Notes under the pieces: generated by a model
What the model saw: the letters and a program-made list of their open reading frames with translations, nothing else
Told to the model about the DNA's origin: nothing
The model's database searches: none
Part shown: positions 9,218-18,680 of the stretch, piece by piece
Numbering within the stretch: position 1 is the stretch's first letter
How the letters are laid out: each line of letters begins with the position of its first letter
Translations under genes and position numbers: made by a program
DNA from: Candidatus Latescibacterota bacterium
Lineage (GTDB): Bacteria > Latescibacterota > UBA2968 > UBA8231
Direction: 5' to 3'
Length of the DNA stretch: 64,000 nt
Assembly (NCBI GenBank): GCA_965206595.1
Contig: OZ242214.1
Coordinates: 5,280,001 to 5,344,000 of the forward strand

Positions 9218-10503
9218 GGGCGGCGGCCCCGGCGGCAGGGTGCGGCGGGATCAGCGCCGGCCAGCTCGCCAGGCTCAGGGAGCTGCTCGGGCCGGTTCTG
9301 GAGCGGAACCGGTTCTACCGCCGCAAGCTGGACGCCGCAGGCCTCGGGAACGGCGGCGACGTGGGCACGGCCGCGGATTATGCGCGGCTACCTTTCACCA
9401 CCAAGGACGAGCTGTCTGTCGACCAGACCGCCCACCCTCCGTACGGCACCAACCTCACTTTCGACCGCGACCGCTACACCCGCCTGCACCTGACCTCGGG
9501 CACCACCGGCGAGCGCCTGCGCTGGCTCGATACCGCCGAGAGCTGGGACTGGTGGGGCCGCTGCTGGGGGGAGGTGTACGCCGGCGCCGGGGTGCGGCCC
9601 GGCGACCGCATCTTCTTCGCCTTCTCGTTCGGGCCCTTCATCGGCTTCTGGAGCGCCTGGGAAGGGGCCCGCCGCCTCGGGTCGCTGGCGATACCGGGAG
9701 GCGGCATGAGCTCCGAGCAGCGGATTGAGGCGATCGCCGCCAACGAGGCGACGGTGCTGGTCTGTACTCCGACCTACGCCCTGCACCTCGCCGAGGTGGC
9801 CGGGGATCTCGGCGTGGACCTGTCCTCGGGAAGCGTCGCCGTCACCATCCACGCCGGGGAACCGGGTGCCGGCCTGCCCGCCACCAGGGCCCGTATCGGG
9901 GCGGCCTGGGGCGCCCGCTGTTTCGACCACGCCGGAGCCACCGAGGTCGGCGCCTGGGGGTTCGAGTGCGGCGAACGGAGCGGGATGCACCTCAACGAGA
10001 AGGAGTTCATCTTCGAGGTTCTGGCCCCCGGCGGCAGCGAGCCTGTCGCCGAAGGGGAGCTGGTCGTCACCAATCTCGGCCGCGCCGGGATGCCGGTGAT
10101 CCGCTACCGCACCGGAGACCTGGTGCGCCTCGCCGGGGACGGCCCCTGCCGGTGCGGCCGCCCGGGCAGACGGCTGCAGGGGGGTGTGATCGGCCGTCTC
10201 GACGACGCCCTGCTGATTCGCGGTACCAACGTCTACCCCAGCGCCATCGAGAACGTCGTGCGCCGTTTTCCGCAAGTGACGGAGTTCGCCGTCGACGTGC
10301 GCCGCCGCCGCGCCCTCGACGAGCTCGAGGTCCGGGTGGAGCTGGATGCCCCGGATCCCCCCGGTCTCGAGTCGGAGCTGGCGCAGGCCCTGCACAGCGG
10401 CCTCGGCCTGCGCGCCGCGGTCGCCGCGGTTCCCGCAGGCACCCTGCCGCGCTTCGAACTCAAGGCGCGGCGCGTCACCGATCACCGCGCGAACGATGGC
10501 TGA
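9214..10503 (+). CDS. Phenylacetate-CoA ligase (PaaK)-family protein
   Basis: GTGA overlap. 'LPFTTKDEL', 'TSGTTG', 'TPTYAL', 'AGEPG', 'IRYRTGD', 'GRLDD'. Confidence 0.9.
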   Translation: MRAAAPAAGCGGISAGQLARLRELLGPVLERNRFYRRKLDAAGLGNGGDVGTAADYARLPFTTKDELSVDQTAHPPYGTNLTFDRDRYTRLHLTSGTTGERLRWLDTAESWDWWGRCWGEVYAGAGVRPGDRIFFAFSFGPFIGFWSAWEGARRLGSLAIPGGGMSSEQRIEAIAANEATVLVCTPTYALHLAEVAGDLGVDLSSGSVAVTIHAGEPGAGLPATRARIGAAWGARCFDHAGATEVGAWGFECGERSGMHLNEKEFIFEVLAPGGSEPVAEGELVVTNLGRAGMPVIRYRTGDLVRLAGDGPCRCGRPGRRLQGGVIGRLDDALLIRGTNVYPSAIENVVRRFPQVTEFAVDVRRRRALDELEVRVELDAPDPPGLESELAQALHSGLGLRAAVAAVPAGTLPRFELKARRVTDHRANDG

Positions 10504-11749
10504 TCCGGGCTACGACGTCGTCGTCGGCGGCGGGGGACCGGCCGGCGCCACCGTCGCTGCGCTGGTGGCGCAAAAAGGCCACCGCGTGCTCCTGCTCGAG
10601 CGCGAGACCACCTCGCAGTTTCAGGTCGGCGAGTCCCTGATGCCGGGAACCTGGGCGACCTTCGACCGCCTCGGCATGCTCGACAGGCTCAGGGAGAGCG
10701 CCTTTCCCCGGAAGTACAGCGTCCAGTTCTACGGCCGCTCAGGGCGCGCCTCGGCCCCCTTCTACTTCTTCGAGAACAACGACCACGAGAGCGCCGTCAC
10801 CTGGCAGGTGCTGCGCAGCGAGTTCGACCGGCTGATGCTGGAGAACGCGCGCGAAAAAGGGGCCGAGGTGAGGGAAGGGGTGCCGGTGCGGGAGGTGGTC
10901 TTCGAGGGGCAGCGCGCTACCGGCGTAGTCGCCGGGATGCCGGACGGAACCCGGAAGCAGATCCGCGGGCGAGTCATCGTCGACGCCACCGGCCAGAGCG
11001 CCCTGATCGCCCGGCGGCTCAAGCTGAAAAGCGACGAGCCTGAGCTGAAGAAGGCCTCGATCTACACCCATTTCGAGGGGGGCATCCGCGACGCGGGGAT
11101 CGACGAGGGAGCTACTCTGATTCTGCACACCAGCAACCAGGACTCCTGGTTCTGGTACATCCCCCTGCCGGAGAATCGCGTCAGCGTCGGGGTGGTCGGC
11201 TCGCTCGACTACCTGCTGCGGGACCGCGCCGACGGGGGGGCGCAACGGGTTTTCGACGCCGAGCTGGCGCTCTGCGAGCCGCTGCAGGAACGGCTGCGCC
11301 CCGCCCGCCAGCTGTTCCCCGTAAAGGTCACCAGGGACTTTTCCTACCGCGCCGACCGCATCTCCGGGGACGGCTGGGTGCTGGTCGGGGACGCCTTCGG
11401 CTTCATCGACCCGATCTACTCCTCCGGCCTCTTCTTCGCCCTGAAATCGGGGGAGATGGCGGCCGACGCCATCTGCGAGGGATTGGACAACGGCGATCTG
11501 TCGGCGCAGCAGCTCGGCAAGTTCGGGCCCGGGTTCATCACCGGCATGGAGGCGGTGCGCAAGCTGGTCTATGCTTTCTACACCCGGGAATTCAGCTTCT
11601 CCGAGTTCCTTCAGCGCTACCCGGAGTGCAAGCAGGGCATCGTCGACATCCTCAGCGGCGAGGTGTACAAGGAGGGGGTGCTCGACGTATTCGGGCCGAT
11701 GTCGGAGATGGTCGACCTGCCTGCGGACAAGATGTTGCATTTAGACTAA
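10496..11749 (+). CDS. Flavin-dependent halogenase-like oxidoreductase
   Basis: 'GGGPAG', 'GESLMP', Lys in 'FPRKY', halogenase motif 'WFWYIP', 'GDAFGFIDPIYSSG'. Confidence 0.82.
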   Translation: MADPGYDVVVGGGGPAGATVAALVAQKGHRVLLLERETTSQFQVGESLMPGTWATFDRLGMLDRLRESAFPRKYSVQFYGRSGRASAPFYFFENNDHESAVTWQVLRSEFDRLMLENAREKGAEVREGVPVREVVFEGQRATGVVAGMPDGTRKQIRGRVIVDATGQSALIARRLKLKSDEPELKKASIYTHFEGGIRDAGIDEGATLILHTSNQDSWFWYIPLPENRVSVGVVGSLDYLLRDRADGGAQRVFDAELALCEPLQERLRPARQLFPVKVTRDFSYRADRISGDGWVLVGDAFGFIDPIYSSGLFFALKSGEMAADAICEGLDNGDLSAQQLGKFGPGFITGMEAVRKLVYAFYTREFSFSEFLQRYPECKQGIVDILSGEVYKEGVLDVFGPMSEMVDLPADKMLHLD

Positions 11750-11908
11750 GCCCAAAATAGAGTGTCCTCCGAGGTGCGAACTTCCTCGGATAAGCCAGTC
11801 CAGTGTGGCAACCCGGGATAAAATGGTGGCAGATTTCGAGGCGACAGCTGTTGGATTGGGCTCGAAAAGAGTCAGGTTAGCGTTAGCCATATAGAGGAGA
11901 TTGCCGAG

Positions 11909-12761
11909 ATGAACAATCCTGTCCCAAAACGTAAAGACCTTATAAATCCAACACTTGCCGCCATCCGTACGTTGGGCGGTAGCGCATCTGTTGGTGAGAT
12001 AGACAATCAGGTTATTGAATTCTTGTTTTTGTCTAGTGACATAATAGACATTCCTCATGGAGATGGAAGTAAATCAGAACTCCATTACAGGTTGGCTTGG
12101 GCAAGAACAGACCTTAAGAGATTCGGATTGATTGACAACTCAGAACGCGGTGTTTGGTCCTTGACCTCCGCTGGACAAAACACTGCCACGGTTGACCCGG
12201 ATGAAGTCATCAGAGCCGGTTCTAAGCGGGCCAAAAATAGAATTGAACTGGAGACGCAAACTGATGAAGAAGATTTGGAGGGGGGAACATACGATTCGGC
12301 ATCATGGCGAGAGGATTTGTTGAAGGTCCTTCAGAATATAGCTCCTGACGCATTTGAGCGGTTGTGCCAAAGGCTACTTCGGGAATCTGGCTTTATTGAG
12401 GTTGAGGTAACGGGCAGGTCTGGTGACGGTGGAATTGATGGGCACGGAATCATTCGCCTTGCTGGATTGATCTCTTTCCCCGTGCTGTTTCAATGCAAGC
12501 GTCATAGAAACAGCGTTGGCGCCAGCGTAGTCAGAGACTTTCGTGGCGCAATGATAGGCCGTTCCGAGAAGGGCGTCATTTTGACCACTGGCACTTTCAC
12601 CAGAGATGCCCAAAAAGAAGCCACAAGAGATGGTGCTCCTCCGATTCGACTTGATAGACGGGGAATCGTTGATCGACAGAATAAAGGAAACCAAACTCGG
12701 AGTGAATGCACGCCAGGTAGAAGAGGTTACTCTGGACTATGAATTCTTTAAGTCCATTTAG
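11909..12761 (+). pseudogene. mrr: Mrr-family restriction endonuclease, frameshifted near the C-terminus
   Basis: Mrr_N 'YRLAWARTDLK', catalytic 'FERLC..GDGGIDG..QCKR'. An extra base at ~12647 shifts out the conserved 'DLIDGESL...FFKSI*' tail that ends at 12761. Lower GC than flanks. Confidence 0.85.
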
Positions 12762-12808
12762 TATTTGGAGCTCTCTGAGTTGGATAGTATAGTCGACATC
12801 CTTTCTCT

Positions 12809-13950
12809 GGGTGTAGCCTCCATTTTACGCATTTCTTAACAAGAGTGGGACCCCAATTCCGGGGACGAGTTGTACTTTTGGGTATATGCACTTACGCCCA
12901 AAAACCGGAAAGGGGTCCCGGATGGAAGATACGCACGATTGGAGCGCTCGCCTGACCAACCTGCAGGAAAATGTCCGGCAGTGGGAACATCGCCTGCAGT
13001 CCGGGCAAGCAGGACCGGATGCCTTTCGCCAGATGCTGGGGAAGTTTCGATCGTGTTTGGACGACATCGGTCGAAGCGGTTTCCAACGCTTGGCTCAAGC
13101 TTGTGAATTGGACGACGACACCGTGGTACACCAGGGGAAGGTGTACCGATTCAAGCAGGTGGTCGACAAGGAGTGGATGACCCTGTGGGGCAAGGTTGTG
13201 GTGGCGCGGCGGCTGTATCAGCCCGATCGCGGCGGACCGAGCCGGGTGCCTTTGGATGAGCGCTGCGGCATGGTCAAGCGATTCATGGTGCCGGAACGGG
13301 AGCGCCTGACGGCGTTTCTGGGCGCCGGCATGGTCCCTGCCGAGGTCGAGAACAGCTTGCGTGAATTGCTGCCCGAGCCGCCCTCGCGCACGGCGATTCA
13401 GCAGCTGTTGACCCGGGTCGGACAGTATGCCGAGGACCACGCCGAACAACTCGAGGTGGCCTTGCAAACAGCGGCGCCGCTGGATCCCGAGGGCGACACC
13501 CTGGTGGTCAGTTGGGACGGAGTTACCGTGCCCCTGCGGGAACCGGCACCCAAGCGCGGACGGCCCGCCGAACGACCGATGGACAGCGAAACCGACAGCG
13601 CCCCCACGGCCTGGAAAGAGGCGGGGGTGGGCATGGTCGCCACCTACCTGACGCCGCTGGATCCCGAGGCGGAGGAACCCCAACGCGTCGACGTGCGCTA
13701 TGCCGCCCGTATGCCGGAGGCGAAAATGGAAACTTTGGTCAACGGCCTGGTGAACCAGACGGATCGGGCCCTGCAGCAAGGGAGCTACGAGCACCGGGTG
13801 GTGTTGGCCGACGGCAAGCGCGAGATCTGGCGTACCGTGGATGGGCTCGGGGTGTTCGACGGCTTCACCCGCATACTCGACTTCTACCACGCCGCCCAGC
13901 ATCTGTCGAAGGCCGCCGAGCACCTCTTCGGCAGCCGGCCTTCAGCATGA
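12809..13950 (+). mobile_element. Truncated ISKra4/UPF0236-like IS remnant (transposase 12922..13950)
   Basis: 'VVSWDG', 'WKEA', 'VLADG..IW', 'ILDFYHAAQHL'. Stops before the expected C-terminal part. Possible left end GGGTGTAGCCTC at 12809; no right end found. Confidence 0.75.
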
Positions 13951-14008
13951 CGCCGTGGCCGGTTCGACCAAGCCATTCCCTGTTTTCCCTTAGCTTTAGG
14001 GGAATCAC

Positions 14009-14236
14009 ATGCGCCTGATCCTCTACATCCTGCTGCTGGTCCTGTACGCCCTCCACAACGATCTCTGGCTGTGGGACGACGGCTCCCTCGTGCTCGGCCT
14101 GCCTGCCGGGTTCCTCTACCACATCGGCTATTGCGTCGCAGCCGCAGGTCTCCTGGTCCTGCTCGTCAACTTCGCCTGGCCCCGGCACCTGTCCGAACCT
14201 GAGGGCGGGGAAGGGCCGGAGGACCCCCGGCCATGA
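14009..14236 (+). CDS. Small membrane partner of SSS transporter (DUF3311-like)
   Basis: 75 aa, two hydrophobic segments, 'LHNDLWLW...LGLP'; overlaps the SSS start. Confidence 0.8.
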   Translation: MRLILYILLLVLYALHNDLWLWDDGSLVLGLPAGFLYHIGYCVAAAGLLVLLVNFAWPRHLSEPEGGEGPEDPRP

Positions 14237-15705
14237 CCATAGGCGTCATCCTCGTTTACCTGTTGCTCGTCCTCTTCGTCGGGGGGCTGAGCCACCGCCT
14301 CTTCCGGGGGACCGGCGAGGACTACTTCGTCGCCAGCCGCACTGTCGGGCCGTTCCTGCTGCTGATGTCGCTGTTCGGCACCAACATGACCGCCTTCGCC
14401 ATCCTTGGGGCCTCGGGCGAAGCCTATCACGAGGGGATCGGGGTGTTCGGGCTGATGGCCTCGGCCTCGGCCCTGGTCATTCCCTGCGTCTTCTTCTTCG
14501 TCGGCACGCGGCTGTGGGCGATCGGCAAGCGCCACGGGTTTCTCACCCAAGTGCAGTACTTCCGCCAGCGTTGGGACAGCGACGGGCTGGGGCTGCTGCT
14601 TTTCGCGGTGCTGATCGCCCTCGTCGTCCCCTACCTGCTGATCGGCGTGATGGGGGGCGGACTGACCCTTCACCAGATCACCAAGGGGCAAGTCCCCGAG
14701 TGGGTCGGGGGGCTGCTGGTCTGCACCGTGGTGATGACCTACGTCTGCTACGGCGGCCTGCGCGGCACCGCCTGGGCAAACGCCTTTCAGACTCTCGTCT
14801 TCATGGTTCTCGGCGGCGTCGCCTTCGCCGTCATCCTCGGGAAACTCGGCGGCCTCGAGGCGGCGATGTCCGCAGTGGCCGCCGCCCATCCCGACCTGAT
14901 GGTCAGGTCGGCGCACATCGAGCCGGCAAAGTGGCTTTCCTACACCTGCATCCCGCTGTCGGTCGGTATGTTCCCGCACATGTTCATGCACTGGCTCACC
15001 GCCCGCAGCGCCAGGACCTTCCGCTACCCGCTGATGTTCTACCCCCTGTGCATCGCCGCGGTCTGGGTTCCGAGCGTGACCCTCGGCATCGCCGGACGCC
15101 TCGACTTTCCCGATCTCGCGGGGCCGGCGGCCAACTCGGTGCTGGTGAAGATGATCGACCTGCACGCCCCCGAGTTGCTGGCCGGGCTGCTGGCCGCCGG
15201 CGTCTTCGCCGCGGTCATGTCCTCCCTCGACTCGCAGGTGCTGTCGATCGGGACCATGTTTACCCAGGACATCGTCCGCCACTACGGCCGCGAGGACAGC
15301 ATGAGCGAGCGCCAGCAGGTGCTCTACGGCCGCCTCTTCGTCTCGGGGGTTCTGGCCGTCACCTTCCTCCTGGCCCAAGTGGCCGACCGCAGCATCTTCA
15401 AGCTCGCGGTCTGGTCGTTCACCGGGTTCGCCTCCCTGTTCCCGGTGGTCCTGGCGGCGCTGTTCTGGCGGCGGAGCACGAAGACGGGCGCCTTCGCCTC
15501 GATCGTCAGCGTCGTCCTGCTCTGGAGCTACTTCTTCGCCCGCGGCTGGGAGACCCCGGGGTACACCGTCGCCGGCAGCGGCGTCATGCCGGTGGCCGTC
15601 ATCCTCGCGGTGTCCGCGGCCGCCATGGTCGCCGGGTCGCTGCTGACGCGTCCGCCCGCGCCAGAGGTGCTGCGGCGCTTCTTCCCGGATGGCGGCGGTT
15701 CGTAG
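14233..15705 (+). CDS. Sodium:solute symporter family protein
   Basis: 'EDYFVASR', 'GGLRGTAWANAFQ', 'AAVMSSLDSQ'; many TM segments. Confidence 0.92.
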   Translation: MTIGVILVYLLLVLFVGGLSHRLFRGTGEDYFVASRTVGPFLLLMSLFGTNMTAFAILGASGEAYHEGIGVFGLMASASALVIPCVFFFVGTRLWAIGKRHGFLTQVQYFRQRWDSDGLGLLLFAVLIALVVPYLLIGVMGGGLTLHQITKGQVPEWVGGLLVCTVVMTYVCYGGLRGTAWANAFQTLVFMVLGGVAFAVILGKLGGLEAAMSAVAAAHPDLMVRSAHIEPAKWLSYTCIPLSVGMFPHMFMHWLTARSARTFRYPLMFYPLCIAAVWVPSVTLGIAGRLDFPDLAGPAANSVLVKMIDLHAPELLAGLLAAGVFAAVMSSLDSQVLSIGTMFTQDIVRHYGREDSMSERQQVLYGRLFVSGVLAVTFLLAQVADRSIFKLAVWSFTGFASLFPVVLAALFWRRSTKTGAFASIVSVVLLWSYFFARGWETPGYTVAGSGVMPVAVILAVSAAAMVAGSLLTRPPAPEVLRRFFPDGGGS

Positions 15706-15741
15706 GGACCGGGGCAGCCGCATGGCTGTTCCCATCCCCCC

Positions 15742-17073
15742 ATGCGCGTAGGCTACATCACCGCCGGGGCCGCGGGCATGTACTGCGGCGCCTGCATCCA
15801 CGACAACACCCTCGCCGCGGCGCTGATGCGCCGGGGGGTCGAGGTCGCCCTGGTGCCGACCTACACCCCGCTGCGCACCGACGAGGTGGACGTCAGCCTG
15901 AAGCAGGTGTTCTACGGTGGCATCGGGGTTTTTCTCGAGCAGAAGCTGCCGCCGTTCAGGCGCATGCCCCGGTTCGTCGACTGGGCCCTCAGGCGTCCCG
16001 CCCTGCTGCAGGGGGTGTCGCGGTTCTCCGCGGCGACGCGGGCCGAGGACCTCGGGGCCCTCACCGTGTCCGTGCTCAAGGGACCGGAGGGCCACCAGCG
16101 ACGCGAGCTCGAACGGCTCCTCGAGTGGCTGCGCACCGATTTCAGGCCGGATATCGTGCTGCTGACCAACAGCCTCTTTCTCGGCCTGGCGGGGAGGCTG
16201 AAGAGCGTCCTCGGGGTCCCGGTGCTGTGCGCGGTGCAGGGGGAGGAGATCTTCCTCGAGGCGCTCGTCGAGCCGTACCGCTCCCAGGCCCTCGGCCTGC
16301 TGCGCGAGCGTGCCGGCGACGCGGACGGTTTCGTCGCCCCCAGCACATACGCCGCCGACTTGATGGCGCAGTACCTCGAGGTCGAGCGCGAGCGCTTCCA
16401 CGTGGTGCCGCTCGGGCTGCACCTCCCCGGACACGGCGCTGGGGAAGCGGCGGCACCCCCTTCCGCGGAGACGCCGTTCACCATCGGGTTCCTGGCGCGG
16501 ATTTGCCCGGACAAGGGGCTGCACGTGCTCGCCGAGGGGTTCGCGCGCCTCGCTGAAGAGAGAGGTACAGAGGCGGTGAGGCTGCTGGCTGCCGGGTGGC
16601 TCGGCGCCGGCGACCGCTCCTACCTGAGGAAGGTCGAGGAAACGCTGCGGCGGGCAGGACTTGCGGCGCGCTTCGAGTACCGGGGGGAGCTGGATCGGAT
16701 GCAGAAGATCCGTTTCCTGCGGGAGCTCCACGTGCTCTCGGTGCCTGCCCCGTTCAAAGAGCCGAAGGGACTCTACGTCCTCGAGGCGCTGGCCAACGGC
16801 GTCCCGGTCGTCCAGCCGGATCACGGCGCTTTTCCGGAGCTGATCGCCGCTACAGGCGGCGGCCTTCTCGCCGCCGGGGCCACGGCGGCAGCGGTCGCGG
16901 CCGGCATCGGGAGGCTGATCGACGACGAGGCCCTGCGGCAGCGGCTCGCCGCCCGCGGTCGGGAGGCGGTTCGCGAGCGTTTCAACGACGACGTCATGGC
17001 CGCCGAGACCCACGCCCTGCTCGAGCGCTTCGTTCCATCCCGCCCGTCCACTTACAAAGAGGAAATCCCATGA
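15742..17073 (+). CDS. Glycosyltransferase family 4
   Basis: 'IGFLARICPDKG', 'EPKGLYVLEALANGVPVV' (Ex7E); N-terminal 'MYCGAC'. Confidence 0.9.
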   Translation: MRVGYITAGAAGMYCGACIHDNTLAAALMRRGVEVALVPTYTPLRTDEVDVSLKQVFYGGIGVFLEQKLPPFRRMPRFVDWALRRPALLQGVSRFSAATRAEDLGALTVSVLKGPEGHQRRELERLLEWLRTDFRPDIVLLTNSLFLGLAGRLKSVLGVPVLCAVQGEEIFLEALVEPYRSQALGLLRERAGDADGFVAPSTYAADLMAQYLEVERERFHVVPLGLHLPGHGAGEAAAPPSAETPFTIGFLARICPDKGLHVLAEGFARLAEERGTEAVRLLAAGWLGAGDRSYLRKVEETLRRAGLAARFEYRGELDRMQKIRFLRELHVLSVPAPFKEPKGLYVLEALANGVPVVQPDHGAFPELIAATGGGLLAAGATAAAVAAGIGRLIDDEALRQRLAARGREAVRERFNDDVMAAETHALLERFVPSRPSTYKEEIP

Positions 17074-17540
17074 CCTGGTTGCTGTTCGCCTTCATCACCG
17101 TGGCCTCCTGGGGGCTGTATGGCCTCCTGCTGCACAGTGGACAGACGGCGATGGCCGATTCCGTCAACGGGCGCTACAAGGCGTTCCTTTTCGTCGGCGT
17201 CGCCTATCTACTGACCGCCGTCCTCGGCTCCCTGCTGGTGCTCAAGATCAACGGCGTCGACTGGGGTTTCCCGGTCAAGGGGGTCGTCTTGTCGATTGTA
17301 GCCGGCACCGCCGGCGCCCTCGGGGCCTTCGGGGTGCTGCTCGCCTTCGGGGCCAAGGGATCGCCGGCGGTGGTGATGGCGATCGTGTTCGCCGGGGCCC
17401 CGGTCGTCAACGCCGTTGCCGCGATGGTCGTGCATCCGCCCGCGGGCGGCCTGGGCGCGCTCAGCTGGCCGTTCCTGCTCGGGATCGCCATGGCCGCAGG
17501 CGGCGGCTGCCTGGTCACCCTGTTCAGGCCGGGTTCGTAG
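17070..17540 (+). CDS. Membrane protein (half-EamA/DMT-like)
   Basis: ATGA overlap, about 5 hydrophobic helices, 'WGLYG', 'APVVN'. Confidence 0.7.
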   Translation: MTWLLFAFITVASWGLYGLLLHSGQTAMADSVNGRYKAFLFVGVAYLLTAVLGSLLVLKINGVDWGFPVKGVVLSIVAGTAGALGAFGVLLAFGAKGSPAVVMAIVFAGAPVVNAVAAMVVHPPAGGLGALSWPFLLGIAMAAGGGCLVTLFRPGS

Positions 17541-17547
17541 GCAGGCC

Positions 17548-17970
17548 GTGGCCTCGGAGTTCCGCACCCGGCGCCGCATCGAGTTCGAGGACACCGACGC
17601 GGCCGGCATCGTCCATTTCTCCCGTTTCCACGTGTTCATGGAGCAGGCCGAGCACGCCTTCCTGCGTTCCCTCGGACTCAGCGTGCACATGCATTTCGAA
17701 GGCGATCTGGTGAGCTGGCCGCGAATGGCCTCCTCCTGCGAGTTCTACGCCGCGGCGAGGTTCGAGGAGGTCGTCGAGATCCACCTGCGAGTGGCGCGCA
17801 TGGGTCCCCGGTCGGTGACCTACGCCTGCGATTTCTGGAAGGGGGAGGAAAAGCTGGCGAGCGGCGAGATCTCTTCGGCCTGCTGCATCTGCAACCCGGG
17901 CGAACCGATGCGGTCGATCGAGATCCCGGCCCTCGTCGCCGCGCGGCTCGACGAGGCGCCGCCGCGGTGA
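17548..17970 (+). CDS. 4-hydroxybenzoyl-CoA thioesterase-like (hotdog fold)
   Basis: 'RRIEFEDTDAAGIVHFSRF' signature. Confidence 0.9.
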   Translation: MASEFRTRRRIEFEDTDAAGIVHFSRFHVFMEQAEHAFLRSLGLSVHMHFEGDLVSWPRMASSCEFYAAARFEEVVEIHLRVARMGPRSVTYACDFWKGEEKLASGEISSACCICNPGEPMRSIEIPALVAARLDEAPPR

Positions 17971-18680
17971 GCCGCGACCGCGATCCCGATCGCGGCGGAG
18001 CCGGGACCTTCCGGCTCGAGGCCCGCGGCCTGCGCAAGCAGTTCGAGCAGGGCGGGCAGTCGCTGCGTGTCCTCGACGGGATCGACCTCAAGTTGGAGGC
18101 GGGCCAGTCCCTGGCGGTTACCGGCCCCTCCGGCTCGGGAAAGAGCACCCTTCTGCACATTCTCGGGACCCTCGACGAGCCGACCGGCGGGGCCGTGGAG
18201 ATCGGCGGCCGCAACCCCTTTGCCCTGGCGGAACCGGAGCTGGCGCGGCTCCGAAACGAGGTGATCGGCTTCGTCTTCCAGGATCACCACCTGCTGCCGC
18301 AGTACTCCGCCCTGGAGAACGTGCTGATCCCCGCACTGGCCTTCGGCAGGCCGGACGCCGCCAGGCAGCGGCGGGCGCGAGAGCTGCTCGAGCGCGTCGG
18401 CCTCGGCGAGCGCGCCGCCCACCGCCGCGCCGCCCTGTCGGGCGGTGAGTGCCAGCGTGTAGCGGTCGCCAGGGCGCTGATAAACGCCCCGCGCCTGCTG
18501 CTGTGCGACGAGCCGACGGGCAACCTCGATCGCGCCGCCGCGGGGGCCGTTGCCGACCTGTTGTTCGCGCTGCACCGGGATGAGGGGAACATCCTGGTAA
18601 TGGTGACGCACAGCGAAGAGCTGGCCGCCCGCTGTGAACGGCGCATCGAGCTGATCCACGGGCGATGCGCCGAACGCTGA
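17967..18680 (+). CDS. ABC ATP-binding protein, LolD-like
   Basis: Walker A 'GPSGSGKST', 'LSGGECQR', 'DEPTGNLD'. Confidence 0.93.
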   Translation: MSRDRDPDRGGAGTFRLEARGLRKQFEQGGQSLRVLDGIDLKLEAGQSLAVTGPSGSGKSTLLHILGTLDEPTGGAVEIGGRNPFALAEPELARLRNEVIGFVFQDHHLLPQYSALENVLIPALAFGRPDAARQRRARELLERVGLGERAAHRRAALSGGECQRVAVARALINAPRLLLCDEPTGNLDRAAAGAVADLLFALHRDEGNILVMVTHSEELAARCERRIELIHGRCAER

